Shown: positions 1 through 7,741, numbered from the stretch's first letter. The stretch is DNA of 44,161 nt from a virus (IMGVR_UViG_3300036806_000085:1-44161), one strand, 5' to 3'. Numbers and translations: made by a program. The notes: generated from the letters alone by a model not told the origin.

Positions 1-126
1 GCCGCAACCGCATCCGCAGCCGCAACCGCATACGCAACCGCAACCGCAGCCGCAACCGCATCCGCAGCCGCATACGCAACCGCAGCCGCATACGCAACCG
101 CATCCGCAGCCGCATCCGCGGCCGCA
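1..126. repeat. Terminal direct repeat, left copy (probable circular assembly overlap)
   Basis: 1-126 is identical to 44031-44156. The next 5 nt differ at one base (gccgc vs tccgc). Confidence 0.85.
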
Positions 127-174
127 GCCGCAGCCGCAGCCGCAACCGCATCCGCAGCCGCATCCGCAGCCGCG
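1..174. repeat. Degenerate hexamer tandem array (gccgca/accgca/tccgca/tacgca), left part
   Basis: Visible directly. On the minus strand it reads GCG-(GCT/GTT/GAT/TAT) = A-(A/V/D/Y). Confidence 0.95.
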
Positions 175-647
175 CGACTCGTTCGCATTTGTGTGCGAAT
201 CACGCTCATCGTCTCTGGCGACCATGACGGCAACGCTTCGCACGCGACCGCTTCCTGTTCTAGTCCAGCGACCCGCATCCACGCGGGCACCGCGACGTGC
301 ACGGCGAAATCCACGACTAGTCGGCGGCGTTCCCGCGGGACCGTCGCATCCGTCGTGCGCGTGTTCGGCTGGGCGAGCAAGAACGGCATCAGCGTATCCG
401 TGCGGGCGGCGTCTTGTTGGGCTTCACTGAGGTCCGGATCCCTCCACACCCAGGAGTCATTCACGCGGATACCGGCGCCGTGGAGCATCGGGTCCACACA
501 ATTTGGACATTTATCCGAGACGGGCAATCCGAGCGCGCAGTTCAACGCTTCCTCGACGCAGTACCCGTTCGTGCCGCCGCCCGCGCCGGACCGAAACTGG
601 ATCGTGCTCAACCACCGGACTTTCTCACTCGCAAAGGGACTCGGCAT
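1..647 (-). CDS. Ala-rich repeat protein, N-terminal part (continues across the circular join to 43697; ~326 aa in total)
   Basis: ATG at 647 preceded by GGAG. Translates MPSPFASEKVRWLSTIQFRSG...CVEEALNCALGLPVSDKCPNC... into an (AAAD/AVAY)n tract. Missing from the ORF track because it runs off the edge. Confidence 0.8.
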   Translation of the reverse strand, partial: MPSPFASEKVRWLSTIQFRSGAGGGTNGYCVEEALNCALGLPVSDKCPNCVDPMLHGAGIRVNDSWVWRDPDLSEAQQDAARTDTLMPFLLAQPNTRTTDATVPRERRRLVVDFAVHVAVPAWMRVAGLEQEAVACEALPSWSPETMSVIRTQMRTSRAAADAAADAVAAAAAAAAADAAADAVAYAAAVAYAAADAVAAAVAVAYAVAAADAVA

Positions 648-684
648 GATATTTTATTCTCCAGAAACCCACGTGAGGAACGAC

Positions 685-1239
685 TTACTGGCCGGTGAGA
701 AAGCGGCGGCGGGTCGAGTGCTCGGCTTCGATCCGTTGATGGCAGGACTTCCACACCCACTGCACGTGATCCACTTCGGCCCAGTTCTCGTCACCGAAGT
801 ATTTATATGTCCGGTGATGCAGTTCGCCGTCGCTGGAACGGAAGCGCAGGAAATCTTTGTTGCCGCGCACCGTGAACCAGCAGGGGATCAGCGTGTGGGC
901 GTGCCCCCACTCGGCCATCCCCGCTGAGTTGGTACCGCGAATCGTCCCGTTGCGATACCCCACGCACCGCCCACACTCGCAATAGCCTTTTGAGCGGAGA
1001 TACGCGACGTAGCGGAGGGATTTGTGGAACGCCGACGCGATCACCGTCCGGTACGCCTTGTACTTCCGGGCGATCCTTTTTTCGTTTCGTTGCTTCACCT
1101 TGGACCGTGGCTTCCCTTTCGCCTTGGCGATCGCCTTCGCCCGCCAGCGATCGTTGCGCGCCCACGCCTTCACTAACCGATCGACGCGCTTCTCCGATTC
1201 GGTCGACTGCGCCGGTTTCGGGCACGGGGAGAAGGTCAC
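685..1239 (-). CDS. HNH-like endonuclease
   Basis: RSKGYCECGRC ... ELHHRTY ... SCHQRIEAEH pattern. GTG start overlaps the upstream stop (GTGA). Confidence 0.65.
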   Translation of the reverse strand: MTFSPCPKPAQSTESEKRVDRLVKAWARNDRWRAKAIAKAKGKPRSKVKQRNEKRIARKYKAYRTVIASAFHKSLRYVAYLRSKGYCECGRCVGYRNGTIRGTNSAGMAEWGHAHTLIPCWFTVRGNKDFLRFRSSDGELHHRTYKYFGDENWAEVDHVQWVWKSCHQRIEAEHSTRRRFLTGQ

Positions 1240-1385
1240 GACTTCACCACCTTCACCACGCACGTCGGCCCATCCACGGTCATCGGCGATCTATCCCGTG
1301 CGTTCGCCGTGATGATGAAGATGTGCTCCGCCACGAACGCGGCCACCAGCGCGCGAAGGAAGATCGTGCCCCAATTCCGGGTCAT
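1236..1385 (-). CDS. Small hypothetical membrane protein
   Basis: MTRNWGTIFLRALVAAFVAEHIFII. Start/stop overlaps with both neighbours. Confidence 0.5.
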   Translation of the reverse strand: MTRNWGTIFLRALVAAFVAEHIFIITANARDRSPMTVDGPTCVVKVVKS

Positions 1386-2080
1386 TCGGTGCGCAGCGAT
1401 TCGACTGCGTCCTTGTTCGCCGGACCGTCCCGGTGTGCCTGGACCCCGGCCGCCGGCGGCAACTGCGGTTCGCCATTCGTGGCCTTCCGGTGTGTGCGAT
1501 CCCACTTCTTTCCTTTGGCACCGGCCGGTCCGCGCCGACTCCTGGGATCTGCCGCTTCCGTCGAGTTCGGTCCAACGCCGTTGTCCGGCGTTCCAGCGTT
1601 GCCGACGCCACGGTGCGGCGCCGATTCAGTCCCTTTCCCGAACTCCTTATCGTTCTCGTCTTGCTGCGCGACGATGGATTCGAGCGACTGAATCGGCAGG
1701 TGTAGTTGATCCTGCATCTGCGACGCCAGTTTGTCCGCCGCGTCTTCCGTGGAGTTGGCGTTCCGGATCCCGCCGAGTTCGGGCTGGGCGTTCACCTTCT
1801 TCTCGAGCAGGGTCACGACGCGCGTGTACTCCGCCAATGCGGTCAGCCACGCCTTCGCCAAGTCCGGGCTGACTTCGATCGCGACCGTGTCCTGCTCGGC
1901 CGACGGCACCTTGTCGAGTTCCGCCTTCAGGTTGGTAATGAGATTGATGACCGACTCAGCTTCCCGCGGCGATCGGTTGAGACGCTTCAGGTAGCCGGCC
2001 GCATCCGTGGCGATCTTCAGCACCTTGTCAATGCCGGTCCTCGTAATGTCGCGCTGCAACTTCGATGCACTGACGATCAT
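1382..2080 (-). CDS. Hypothetical protein (helical N-terminus, disordered C-terminus)
   Basis: 232-aa ORF with ATGA coupling at both ends. Confidence 0.75.
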   Translation of the reverse strand: MIVSASKLQRDITRTGIDKVLKIATDAAGYLKRLNRSPREAESVINLITNLKAELDKVPSAEQDTVAIEVSPDLAKAWLTALAEYTRVVTLLEKKVNAQPELGGIRNANSTEDAADKLASQMQDQLHLPIQSLESIVAQQDENDKEFGKGTESAPHRGVGNAGTPDNGVGPNSTEAADPRSRRGPAGAKGKKWDRTHRKATNGEPQLPPAAGVQAHRDGPANKDAVESLRTE

Positions 2081-2388
2081 ATCGGGCGTCCTGGGTGAGT
2101 GGGAGCCTTCTTGCTGGCCCGTTCATCGAGCCAGCGCTTCGTATCAGCAGCGACCTGCGGCCACAACTCTATGCCTCTCGCGTCAAAGCGAATCGTGCCG
2201 GACGGGTGTGCGACCGGCAAGCCGACGAACTCGGCGCGCTGATCGCCGCGATAGAGCCATTCGATGATGCCAGCGAGTCCGCCTTGAATCGTCAACTGCT
2301 TCTCGACCAGCCGGACCGAGAGGTAGCGCTTGACCTCGACGGGCAAGAGCTCCCACCCGCCAGGATACCGGCCGGGAATCTCGGTCAT
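2077..2388 (-). CDS. Hypothetical protein
   Basis: MTEIPGRYPGGWELLP... ATG at 2388 overlaps the upstream stop. Confidence 0.65.
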   Translation of the reverse strand: MTEIPGRYPGGWELLPVEVKRYLSVRLVEKQLTIQGGLAGIIEWLYRGDQRAEFVGLPVAHPSGTIRFDARGIELWPQVAADTKRWLDERASKKAPTHPGRPI

Positions 2389-2603
2389 GCGCGCGCAACC
2401 TTCGAGACAGGGACGACGTCGAACGCACTGCCGAACGATCCCATGTGCTCGAAGACTTCGAGTTGCGCTTCGGTCATCGTCTTCCACCGGTGCGCCGCCT
2501 TCTCAATGGCCGTCTCGCGGTGCACCTGCAGGCGTGGCGGGAGCAGGAGAAATCGCTTCGACGTGCGATGCTGGATCGCGTACTCACTCGAGTTATCGTC
2601 CAT
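2385..2603 (-). CDS. Hypothetical protein
   Basis: MDDNSSEYAIQHRT... tiles between neighbouring genes. Confidence 0.55.
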   Translation of the reverse strand: MDDNSSEYAIQHRTSKRFLLLPPRLQVHRETAIEKAAHRWKTMTEAQLEVFEHMGSFGSAFDVVPVSKVARA

Positions 2604-2871
2604 CGAAGCACCCCTCGCTTGGCGTGTGACGTATGTGACAGTCTGAACACGGTGCTGGCCGCGTATCGAACTCAGCCGCGCGCCCGCGTAGCCGCCGCTC
2701 GAGATTGAGCATGCCCGCTTCGGTGAACGGGCACGCCGTTCCGTGGACCGTCCAGAGCGGTGTGACTTTCGGAAGGATGATGCACAACGCATGGACTAGG
2801 CTCGCCGCTTCAAGCAGATCGAAGCGCGTCGCCATCGGGTTCATGTCGACCGATGCGATCGTCTCAGGCAT
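2593..2871 (-). CDS. Hypothetical protein with Cys/His motifs
   Basis: MPETIASVD...HGTACPF...PCSDCH. Overlaps the bet stop. GGAG upstream. Confidence 0.55.
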   Translation of the reverse strand: MPETIASVDMNPMATRFDLLEAASLVHALCIILPKVTPLWTVHGTACPFTEAGMLNLERRLRGRAAEFDTRPAPCSDCHIRHTPSEGCFDGR

Positions 2872-3895
2872 TGGTCGACTCCACCGGCGCCGGATGGTCG
2901 TCGTTCCACTGACGCAACCACTCGGCATCTTCGCCGGCCAGCACCTCGCCCCCTGCCTGCCGTTCGATCAGCTTGGCGATCGACGCCATCATGTCGAGCG
3001 GCACCTTACGCCGTTCGAGCTCTGATTCGACGGCCTTGATGAAGCCGACACCGAGTCGGCCAGCCGCCGTCTCTTTGCGGCCAGAATCCTTCCACGGTTC
3101 ACGGAACGTCGCGATGAGATACGACGTCGGGATGACCGCCAGCGTCCTGCCTTTGTGCTCACCGAACGTGAGTTCAACACTTCCGTCTTCGGTCGCGCGC
3201 GCGGTCATGGTCTCGCCAGCCAACCGCGGCCGGGTCGCTGACGCCGCGATCGGTGCGCGCGGCTCGTCATCAACGTCGTCGTGGATTTCATCGTCGGTGT
3301 AAAGGCCCGACAGTTCGTGCGGGAACGCCTTGCGCAGCGCGAGCGCTTCCGCGCACTTCGCCAGCATCACCGTTGGCTTCTCCTTCCACTGCTTATTGGG
3401 ATTGCCGTCCCGTTTCTTCTGCACGTACTCATCGTACATGGCGATCGCGTAGAGCGGTTCGTCAAACCCCTCGCGCAACACACCGACCTTGCACGCGACG
3501 GGCGGCTTCTTCGGGTCGAGCCACACTTCGCGGCCGTTGCCAGCAGGATCGTAGAACACGGGTGCCTTCTGGCCGCGGTACTCGCCGGTGCGCTGCGCCA
3601 CCAGCCGGAACCCGTCGATCCCGACCTGTGTGACCATCGCGTCGATCCACTGCTGCGTCTCTTCGTCCTTCGTCCGACGCTTCAGGCAGTAGATTTGCTT
3701 CGCGAACGGATCGAGTCCCGTGCGCTCGCATTGATGCACGAACAGCGCGAACTCGTCATCGCTCGCACCCTTCGCGACCGTCTTCTTCAGGAGCTCGACG
3801 AGCTCTGGCGTCAGCCGCTCGCGCAGCACCAGCGCCGTCTTGCCGACCGACGACGCGACCGCGCTGGCGCGGCTCTCTTTGTTGGTGGCGTCCAT
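2864..3895 (-). CDS. bet: Phage recombination protein Bet (RecT/Red-beta single-strand annealing family)
   Basis: ASDDEFALFVHQCERTGLDPFAKQIY, VGIDGFRLVAQRTGEY and MLAKCAEALALRKAFPHELSGLYTDDE motifs. Confidence 0.92.
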   Translation of the reverse strand: MDATNKESRASAVASSVGKTALVLRERLTPELVELLKKTVAKGASDDEFALFVHQCERTGLDPFAKQIYCLKRRTKDEETQQWIDAMVTQVGIDGFRLVAQRTGEYRGQKAPVFYDPAGNGREVWLDPKKPPVACKVGVLREGFDEPLYAIAMYDEYVQKKRDGNPNKQWKEKPTVMLAKCAEALALRKAFPHELSGLYTDDEIHDDVDDEPRAPIAASATRPRLAGETMTARATEDGSVELTFGEHKGRTLAVIPTSYLIATFREPWKDSGRKETAAGRLGVGFIKAVESELERRKVPLDMMASIAKLIERQAGGEVLAGEDAEWLRQWNDDHPAPVESTNA

Positions 3896-4503
3896 TACTC
3901 GACCCGCAGGTGAGAACCCTTCTCGACCAAAATACCGGCCGGCAGCTCCTCCCCGTTCTCCCGCGCGGCCAGAATCTTGTCGCGGTCCAGGTCGAAGATT
4001 TCCTTGCGACGGATGAACTCCGACCCACTCGCGTACAGTTCCTCGATCAGCCCTTCGCTGGCCGCCCGCACCGATGGCTGGCCGTTCGCCTGGATGCGCA
4101 CTGTGACCAGTGACGTCACGACCTTGCGCACATCACGCGATTCGAGGTTTCGCTTCAGGAACTCCTTCAGGCGTTTCGCCGCGTTCGTCTTGCGGTTGAC
4201 CACCGCCTGCAGTCGGTCGGTCTCAACCTTTGCGCCTTCGGCCTCGGCGAGCAACGTCCGAATCTTTAGGCCATAGCGTTCGACCGTTGCTTCGAAGTCG
4301 TGCTCTGCGAACGCCAGCAATTCGGCGATCGCGGGGATGGCCTCGATGTCACCCCCTGATGCCTCGATCTGCGCGGCATGTTCCTCGATCAACTCGTCGA
4401 GAATATCCAGCGCCTCGATCGCGTCGTACAGGCGCAAGGTCCGGGGGCGGCGGTCCTGCTCTTGCCGCTCTGCTTTTACGGCGGCGGCCGATACTGGTGG
4501 CAT
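3895..4503 (-). CDS. Siphovirus Gp157 family protein
   Basis: LYD-type N-terminus, coiled coil (AKVETDRL...KRLKEFL), LDRDKILAA...GEELPAG C-terminus. AGGAG before ATG 4503. Adjacent to bet. Confidence 0.8.
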   Translation of the reverse strand: MPPVSAAAVKAERQEQDRRPRTLRLYDAIEALDILDELIEEHAAQIEASGGDIEAIPAIAELLAFAEHDFEATVERYGLKIRTLLAEAEGAKVETDRLQAVVNRKTNAAKRLKEFLKRNLESRDVRKVVTSLVTVRIQANGQPSVRAASEGLIEELYASGSEFIRRKEIFDLDRDKILAARENGEELPAGILVEKGSHLRVE

Positions 4504-4579
4504 GGTGCGACTCCTTTGAGAAGTGGGGTTGTTGCTACGCGCTCTGCTGCTTTCGGTGAGCCTAGAACTCGCTGGCCTG

Positions 4580-4795
4580 TCAGGCATCGGACATGCCGAG
4601 TAGTTTTTTCGCCTGCGCCGCGCGCTCGGCCTTCCACCGCTTGATGCCAAGTCGTGTGATGAACGTGGAGCCGGCCAGCTCGGCCGTGTCGCCCGCCTTG
4701 AACTTGTTTGCGGTCAGGCGGTTCGTCACCGCGGCGCGCGTGACACCTACTTCCCTCGCGGCCGCGGCTTGCGTGAACAGGTCGGTGTCGGTCAT
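4580..4795 (-). CDS. Small helix-turn-helix DNA-binding protein
   Basis: MTDTDLFTQAAAAREVGVTRAAVTNRL is a typical HTH. 71 aa, directly downstream of a consensus promoter. Confidence 0.8.
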   Translation of the reverse strand: MTDTDLFTQAAAAREVGVTRAAVTNRLTANKFKAGDTAELAGSTFITRLGIKRWKAERAAQAKKLLGMSDA

Positions 4796-4802
4796 GGCGG
4801 TA

Positions 4803-4831
4803 AGCGTAGTACACTCGGTTTTGTTTGTCAA
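4803..4831 (-). promoter_or_regulatory. Sigma70-type promoter, leaderless, for the HTH-Gp157-Bet operon
   Basis: TTGACA-17 nt-TACGCT, then 7 nt to ATG 4795. Confidence 0.8.
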
Positions 4832-4856
4832 TAGGGAATGTTCGGACGCCGTCCGA

Positions 4857-4885
4857 TTGCGCTTTTGCGCCAGTTCACTTACTGT
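4857..4885 (+). promoter_or_regulatory. Divergent promoter, leaderless
   Basis: TTGCGC-17 nt-TACTGT-cgcgtt-ATG(4892). Same hexamers as the promoter at 32749-32777. Confidence 0.7.
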
Positions 4886-4891
4886 CGCGTT

Positions 4892-5083
4892 ATGACACAA
4901 CAGCGCAATGTTCGGCTGGTCGAGTGTTTCGGCGGTGGACCGAAGGACGGCGCCTTCGTGCCGGCGCACGCGCCGACACTCGCCATGCTCGACGGGGAGA
5001 CGTTCTACGTCTACCGCCTCACGCGTGAGGATGACGGGACGTTCTTCTACCTGCTCGACCGGACAATGCCGGTGGCGGCTTAA
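4892..5083 (+). CDS. Small hypothetical protein (63 aa), the only plausible plus-strand gene
   Basis: MTQQRNVRLVECFGGGPKDG... (GGPxDG motif common in small phage proteins). Has its own promoter. Confidence 0.7.
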   Translation: MTQQRNVRLVECFGGGPKDGAFVPAHAPTLAMLDGETFYVYRLTREDDGTFFYLLDRTMPVAA

Positions 5084-5089
5084 CGCACG

Positions 5090-5117
5090 AACGGCCCACC
5101 CGTGAGGATGAGCCGTT
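5090..5117 (-). terminator. 12-bp hairpin at the convergence of transcripts
   Basis: Minus strand AACGGCTCATCC-TCAC-GGGTGGGCCGTT pairs fully with two G:U pairs. No strong U-tract. Confidence 0.5.
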
Positions 5118-5324
5118 GCGAAGGTCGTACTTGGCAAACCGCCCGCCCCTCTTTCAGCGAGCCCTCCCGAATCACGGAGCCACCATCGGAACTGGCTTGT
5201 ACGCTTGCACGTAATCGGTTGACTCCCCAACCGCCTCCGCTTCTGTCGATCCTGCACGCTCTCCGGCATGTTGAGCGAGAGCGATCCAATGTTGACGCGC
5301 CGGAGTATGCCCTCCGGTCCTGCA

Positions 5325-5397
5325 AGCTGTCGGCGCGAATCGAACGCGCAACCTGTCGTTTACGAAACGACTGCTCTGCCCGTTGAGCTACAACAGC
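5325..5397 (-). tRNA. tRNA-Thr(CGU), CCA not encoded
   Basis: GCTGTTG-TA-GCTC-AACGGGCA-GAGC-A-GTCGT-TTCGTAA-ACGAC-AGGTT-GCGCG-TTCGATT-CGCGC-CGACAGC-T folds as a cloverleaf. Confidence 0.93.
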
Positions 5398-5542
5398 GTG
5401 GAGCGGATTCGCCTCGGACCCGCGAGTTGGGCGGCCAGTTACCACGCTAGGCGGTAACTGCGTGTGCCCAATCTGCGTCAGCGTACTTCTGTCGGCCTCT
5501 GACGATAAGCCCACTCAGGTTGCTACCCGAGAAAAGAACGTA

Positions 5543-6250
5543 CTACTTCAGCACCGCCCCCGCAACTGCCCCGCACGCTACGGCGGCACCGACCGCCACC
5601 GCCGGCCCCGCCAGCGTGCCCAGCCCGCCGCATCCCGCCGCGGCCGTCACGACGATGATCCCGTGCACCGCTCGGTGGATGATGCCCGGCTGATGGCCTT
5701 TCAGGTCGTCGATGACTTTCTGCTGGGCCTCGTGGTCTTCTTTCGACGTGCGCAACGCGAGGTCTTTCCCGACCAGCGCCGCCGCTTCGGCTCTCACCGC
5801 ATCGGTGAGTTGACCGGCGAGTCGCTGGGCCGAATCCCGCTCCGCATGGAATCGGGCGTCGAGCACGGAGTCGGCCCGCGTCACGCTGTCGATCTGAGCA
5901 CGTAACTGCGCCGCTGTTGCGCCGCTGTCCGCCGCCGCGCGTTCTGCCCGCGCGCGCGCGCCGATCGCCGCCGTATCCGCCACGTCCGTCGCCGCCACGG
6001 CCCGCACCACCGGCGCCGCGGCCTTTTGCGCGAGTTTCACCAAGGCCAGACTCGACCGCTCGAGACTATCGGCTTGCTTCGTGGTCACGGCGACCAGCGA
6101 GTCGATCGTTTTGGCGTTCGCAACGTCCTGCGCGTCCGTCGCCGTCTGCGCGCCGCTGTGGTGCCCCATGCCGTACGCGACGGCGAGCAGCACCAGCCCG
6201 ATGACGACGGCGCTACCGTACTTCTGGCCTTTCGTGGTAAGTGCGATCAT
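5543..6250 (-). CDS. Spanin-like (Rz-type) membrane protein
   Basis: N-terminal TM segment, long Ala-rich coiled coil, hydrophobic Gly/Ala C-terminus. Immediately downstream of the endolysin (ATGA overlap). Confidence 0.6.
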   Translation of the reverse strand: MIALTTKGQKYGSAVVIGLVLLAVAYGMGHHSGAQTATDAQDVANAKTIDSLVAVTTKQADSLERSSLALVKLAQKAAAPVVRAVAATDVADTAAIGARARAERAAADSGATAAQLRAQIDSVTRADSVLDARFHAERDSAQRLAGQLTDAVRAEAAALVGKDLALRTSKEDHEAQQKVIDDLKGHQPGIIHRAVHGIIVVTAAAGCGGLGTLAGPAVAVGAAVACGAVAGAVLK

Positions 6251-6726
6251 TGCGCTCCGACGGCTTGCCACACCGCCGGCATCCCACCGGACTTCAGCAG
6301 TGCGCGCGCCTGATTTGAAGGTGAAGGTTTGCACGCGCCCCACTGGTGGTGTGGAAGGTCGCGCTGTTTCCAATCCCCGCCCCACTTACACTCATGTCGC
6401 TTGAAGATCGTCGAGACGCTGGCGAACCACGCATCCGGCATCTCCCACTCCTTGACGCGGTGAATCACATCAACCGCGAGCCCAAAGCCGTGCCACGTAT
6501 ACGTTTCGTCCGGTGCGTTCGTGACGGTCGACGTTGGTGGAATCACCGTGCGCCCACGTGCGTAATACAGCACCGCGAGCTCATGCGAACGCACCGTCTC
6601 GTAGACGACCGCGTCGAGCCCCGCCGCGGTGCACTCTGCCAGCGCCAGCGAGACCGCGTCGCGAAACTTCGGTGCCAGGAGAGCGAGCGACGACTGAACG
6701 GCTGGCGTGTTATTTCCAGCGCTCAC
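6247..6726 (-). CDS. Endolysin, peptidase M15 family (L-Ala-D-Glu peptidase-like)
   Basis: YETVRS...YYARGRT...VTNA...TWHGFGLAVD...WGGDWKQRDLPH Zn-peptidase motifs. Confidence 0.9.
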   Translation of the reverse strand: MSAGNNTPAVQSSLALLAPKFRDAVSLALAECTAAGLDAVVYETVRSHELAVLYYARGRTVIPPTSTVTNAPDETYTWHGFGLAVDVIHRVKEWEMPDAWFASVSTIFKRHECKWGGDWKQRDLPHHQWGACKPSPSNQARALLKSGGMPAVWQAVGAQ

Positions 6727-7106
6727 ATGACTCCCGCGTCCGCCGTGCCGTTCGCCCATTCGTTCGGGGCGAACGCCGTCACAGTCTTCGAGACATCGGT
6801 CTTCGTCAGGGAGATACGGTTCGCGATCGCGCCAGCCAGCGCATCGAAATGCTTGGCCCCGAATGCGGTGGCGACGCTCGAGAGATAGACGAGCAGGTCG
6901 ATTGTGCTGACCTCCTCCGTGGCCTGCTGCACGCTCCCGTGCACGACCCGCGCATGGATCCCGAACGCATGGTAGCAGAAGACCGCCATCCCGAGCAGCG
7001 CGAAAAGAGGAGGGAGCACCGTTCGCGTCGCCTGTCCGACCCGAGACGCCCAGCCCCGGTCTTCGATCCGGCGACGTGGTGCGAGCGCCATCTCAGCTGC
7101 GGTCAT
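6723..7106 (-). CDS. Putative holin
   Basis: 127 aa, two hydrophobic segments, AAGGAG RBS, directly upstream of the endolysin. Confidence 0.6.
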   Translation of the reverse strand: MTAAEMALAPRRRIEDRGWASRVGQATRTVLPPLFALLGMAVFCYHAFGIHARVVHGSVQQATEEVSTIDLLVYLSSVATAFGAKHFDALAGAIANRISLTKTDVSKTVTAFAPNEWANGTADAGVM

Positions 7107-7741
7107 GTGCCCATCTCCTTCTTTACGGGAATCGCCGCACCAACCCAACCCAGCGGTCGGCCGGCCGCACTCAACACCAAGTCAGCACGACATCGTACTT
7201 CCGCGCTCTCGCGGGTTAGCACGTTCTGGTAGCGGAACGTCTCAATGAAGATGCGTTTTTGGATGATGGCGTTTTCCCACTGCTCCACGATGCGCGCGCG
7301 GTCTTCTTCGTGAATCGCCGTGACCCAGCCCCATCCCTGCATTTGTTCGGTCGTCAGCCCTGTCAGCGCGATCCATGCTTCGTTCACCCACATTTGCTGC
7401 CCGTGCGCATCGCACTCGAACATCGGAATCCGCCGTTCGTTCGACGCCAGCGATCGCGTCATCAGCCGATTCATCGCTAAGCTATCCTGCATCTCGCCGA
7501 AGCCGAGCGACATCTTCTGCACCAAATCTTTCAGCGAGCTCCCGCTATTCGTCGTGAGTTCGTGTTCAATGCCCGCGATCTTCTTGGCGGCCGTGTTCAA
7601 CTCCCACCAGTCTTGACGGAACGCGGAATAGCGCTTCCGCACCTGATGGCCAACGGCCGGCACCAAGCCGAGTGCGGCAATCGCGGATACGATCTCAGCG
7701 AGATCGCGGACGTTCTCGAGCGTGAGCGAGTCAAGCATCAT
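7103..7741 (-). CDS. Membrane-anchored PAS-domain protein
   Basis: TM (IVSAIAALGLVPAVG), coiled coil with NSGSSLKD, then PAS signature MFECDAHGQQMWVNEAWIALTGLTTEQMQGWGWVTAIHEEDRARIVEQW. Confidence 0.88.
   Translation of the reverse strand: MMLDSLTLENVRDLAEIVSAIAALGLVPAVGHQVRKRYSAFRQDWWELNTAAKKIAGIEHELTTNSGSSLKDLVQKMSLGFGEMQDSLAMNRLMTRSLASNERRIPMFECDAHGQQMWVNEAWIALTGLTTEQMQGWGWVTAIHEEDRARIVEQWENAIIQKRIFIETFRYQNVLTRESAEVRCRADLVLSAAGRPLGWVGAAIPVKKEMGT

Noticed and set aside
1-174. Hexamer array as CRISPR, telomere or DGR repeat
   Set aside because: No repeat-spacer structure, no cas or reverse transcriptase gene, and it lies inside a CDS.
4796-5269. N-terminal extensions given by the ORF track (4580-5269, and similarly 18523-19632, 19292-20404, 32179-32883, 35070-35903)
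   Set aside because: They overlap promoters, RNA elements or other genes. Downstream starts have RBS, promoter or coupling support.
5290-5324. tmRNA-like 3' end (GGAC-CGGAG-GGCATA-CTCCG-GCGCGTCAAC)
   Set aside because: The loop lacks the TTCRA T-loop consensus, and no matching acceptor strand or tag ORF was found. Kept only as part of the ncRNA candidate.
5325-5397. tRNA genes as attP/integration remnants
   Set aside because: Both tRNAs are full length, no duplicated 3' fragment was seen, and no integrase is recognisable.
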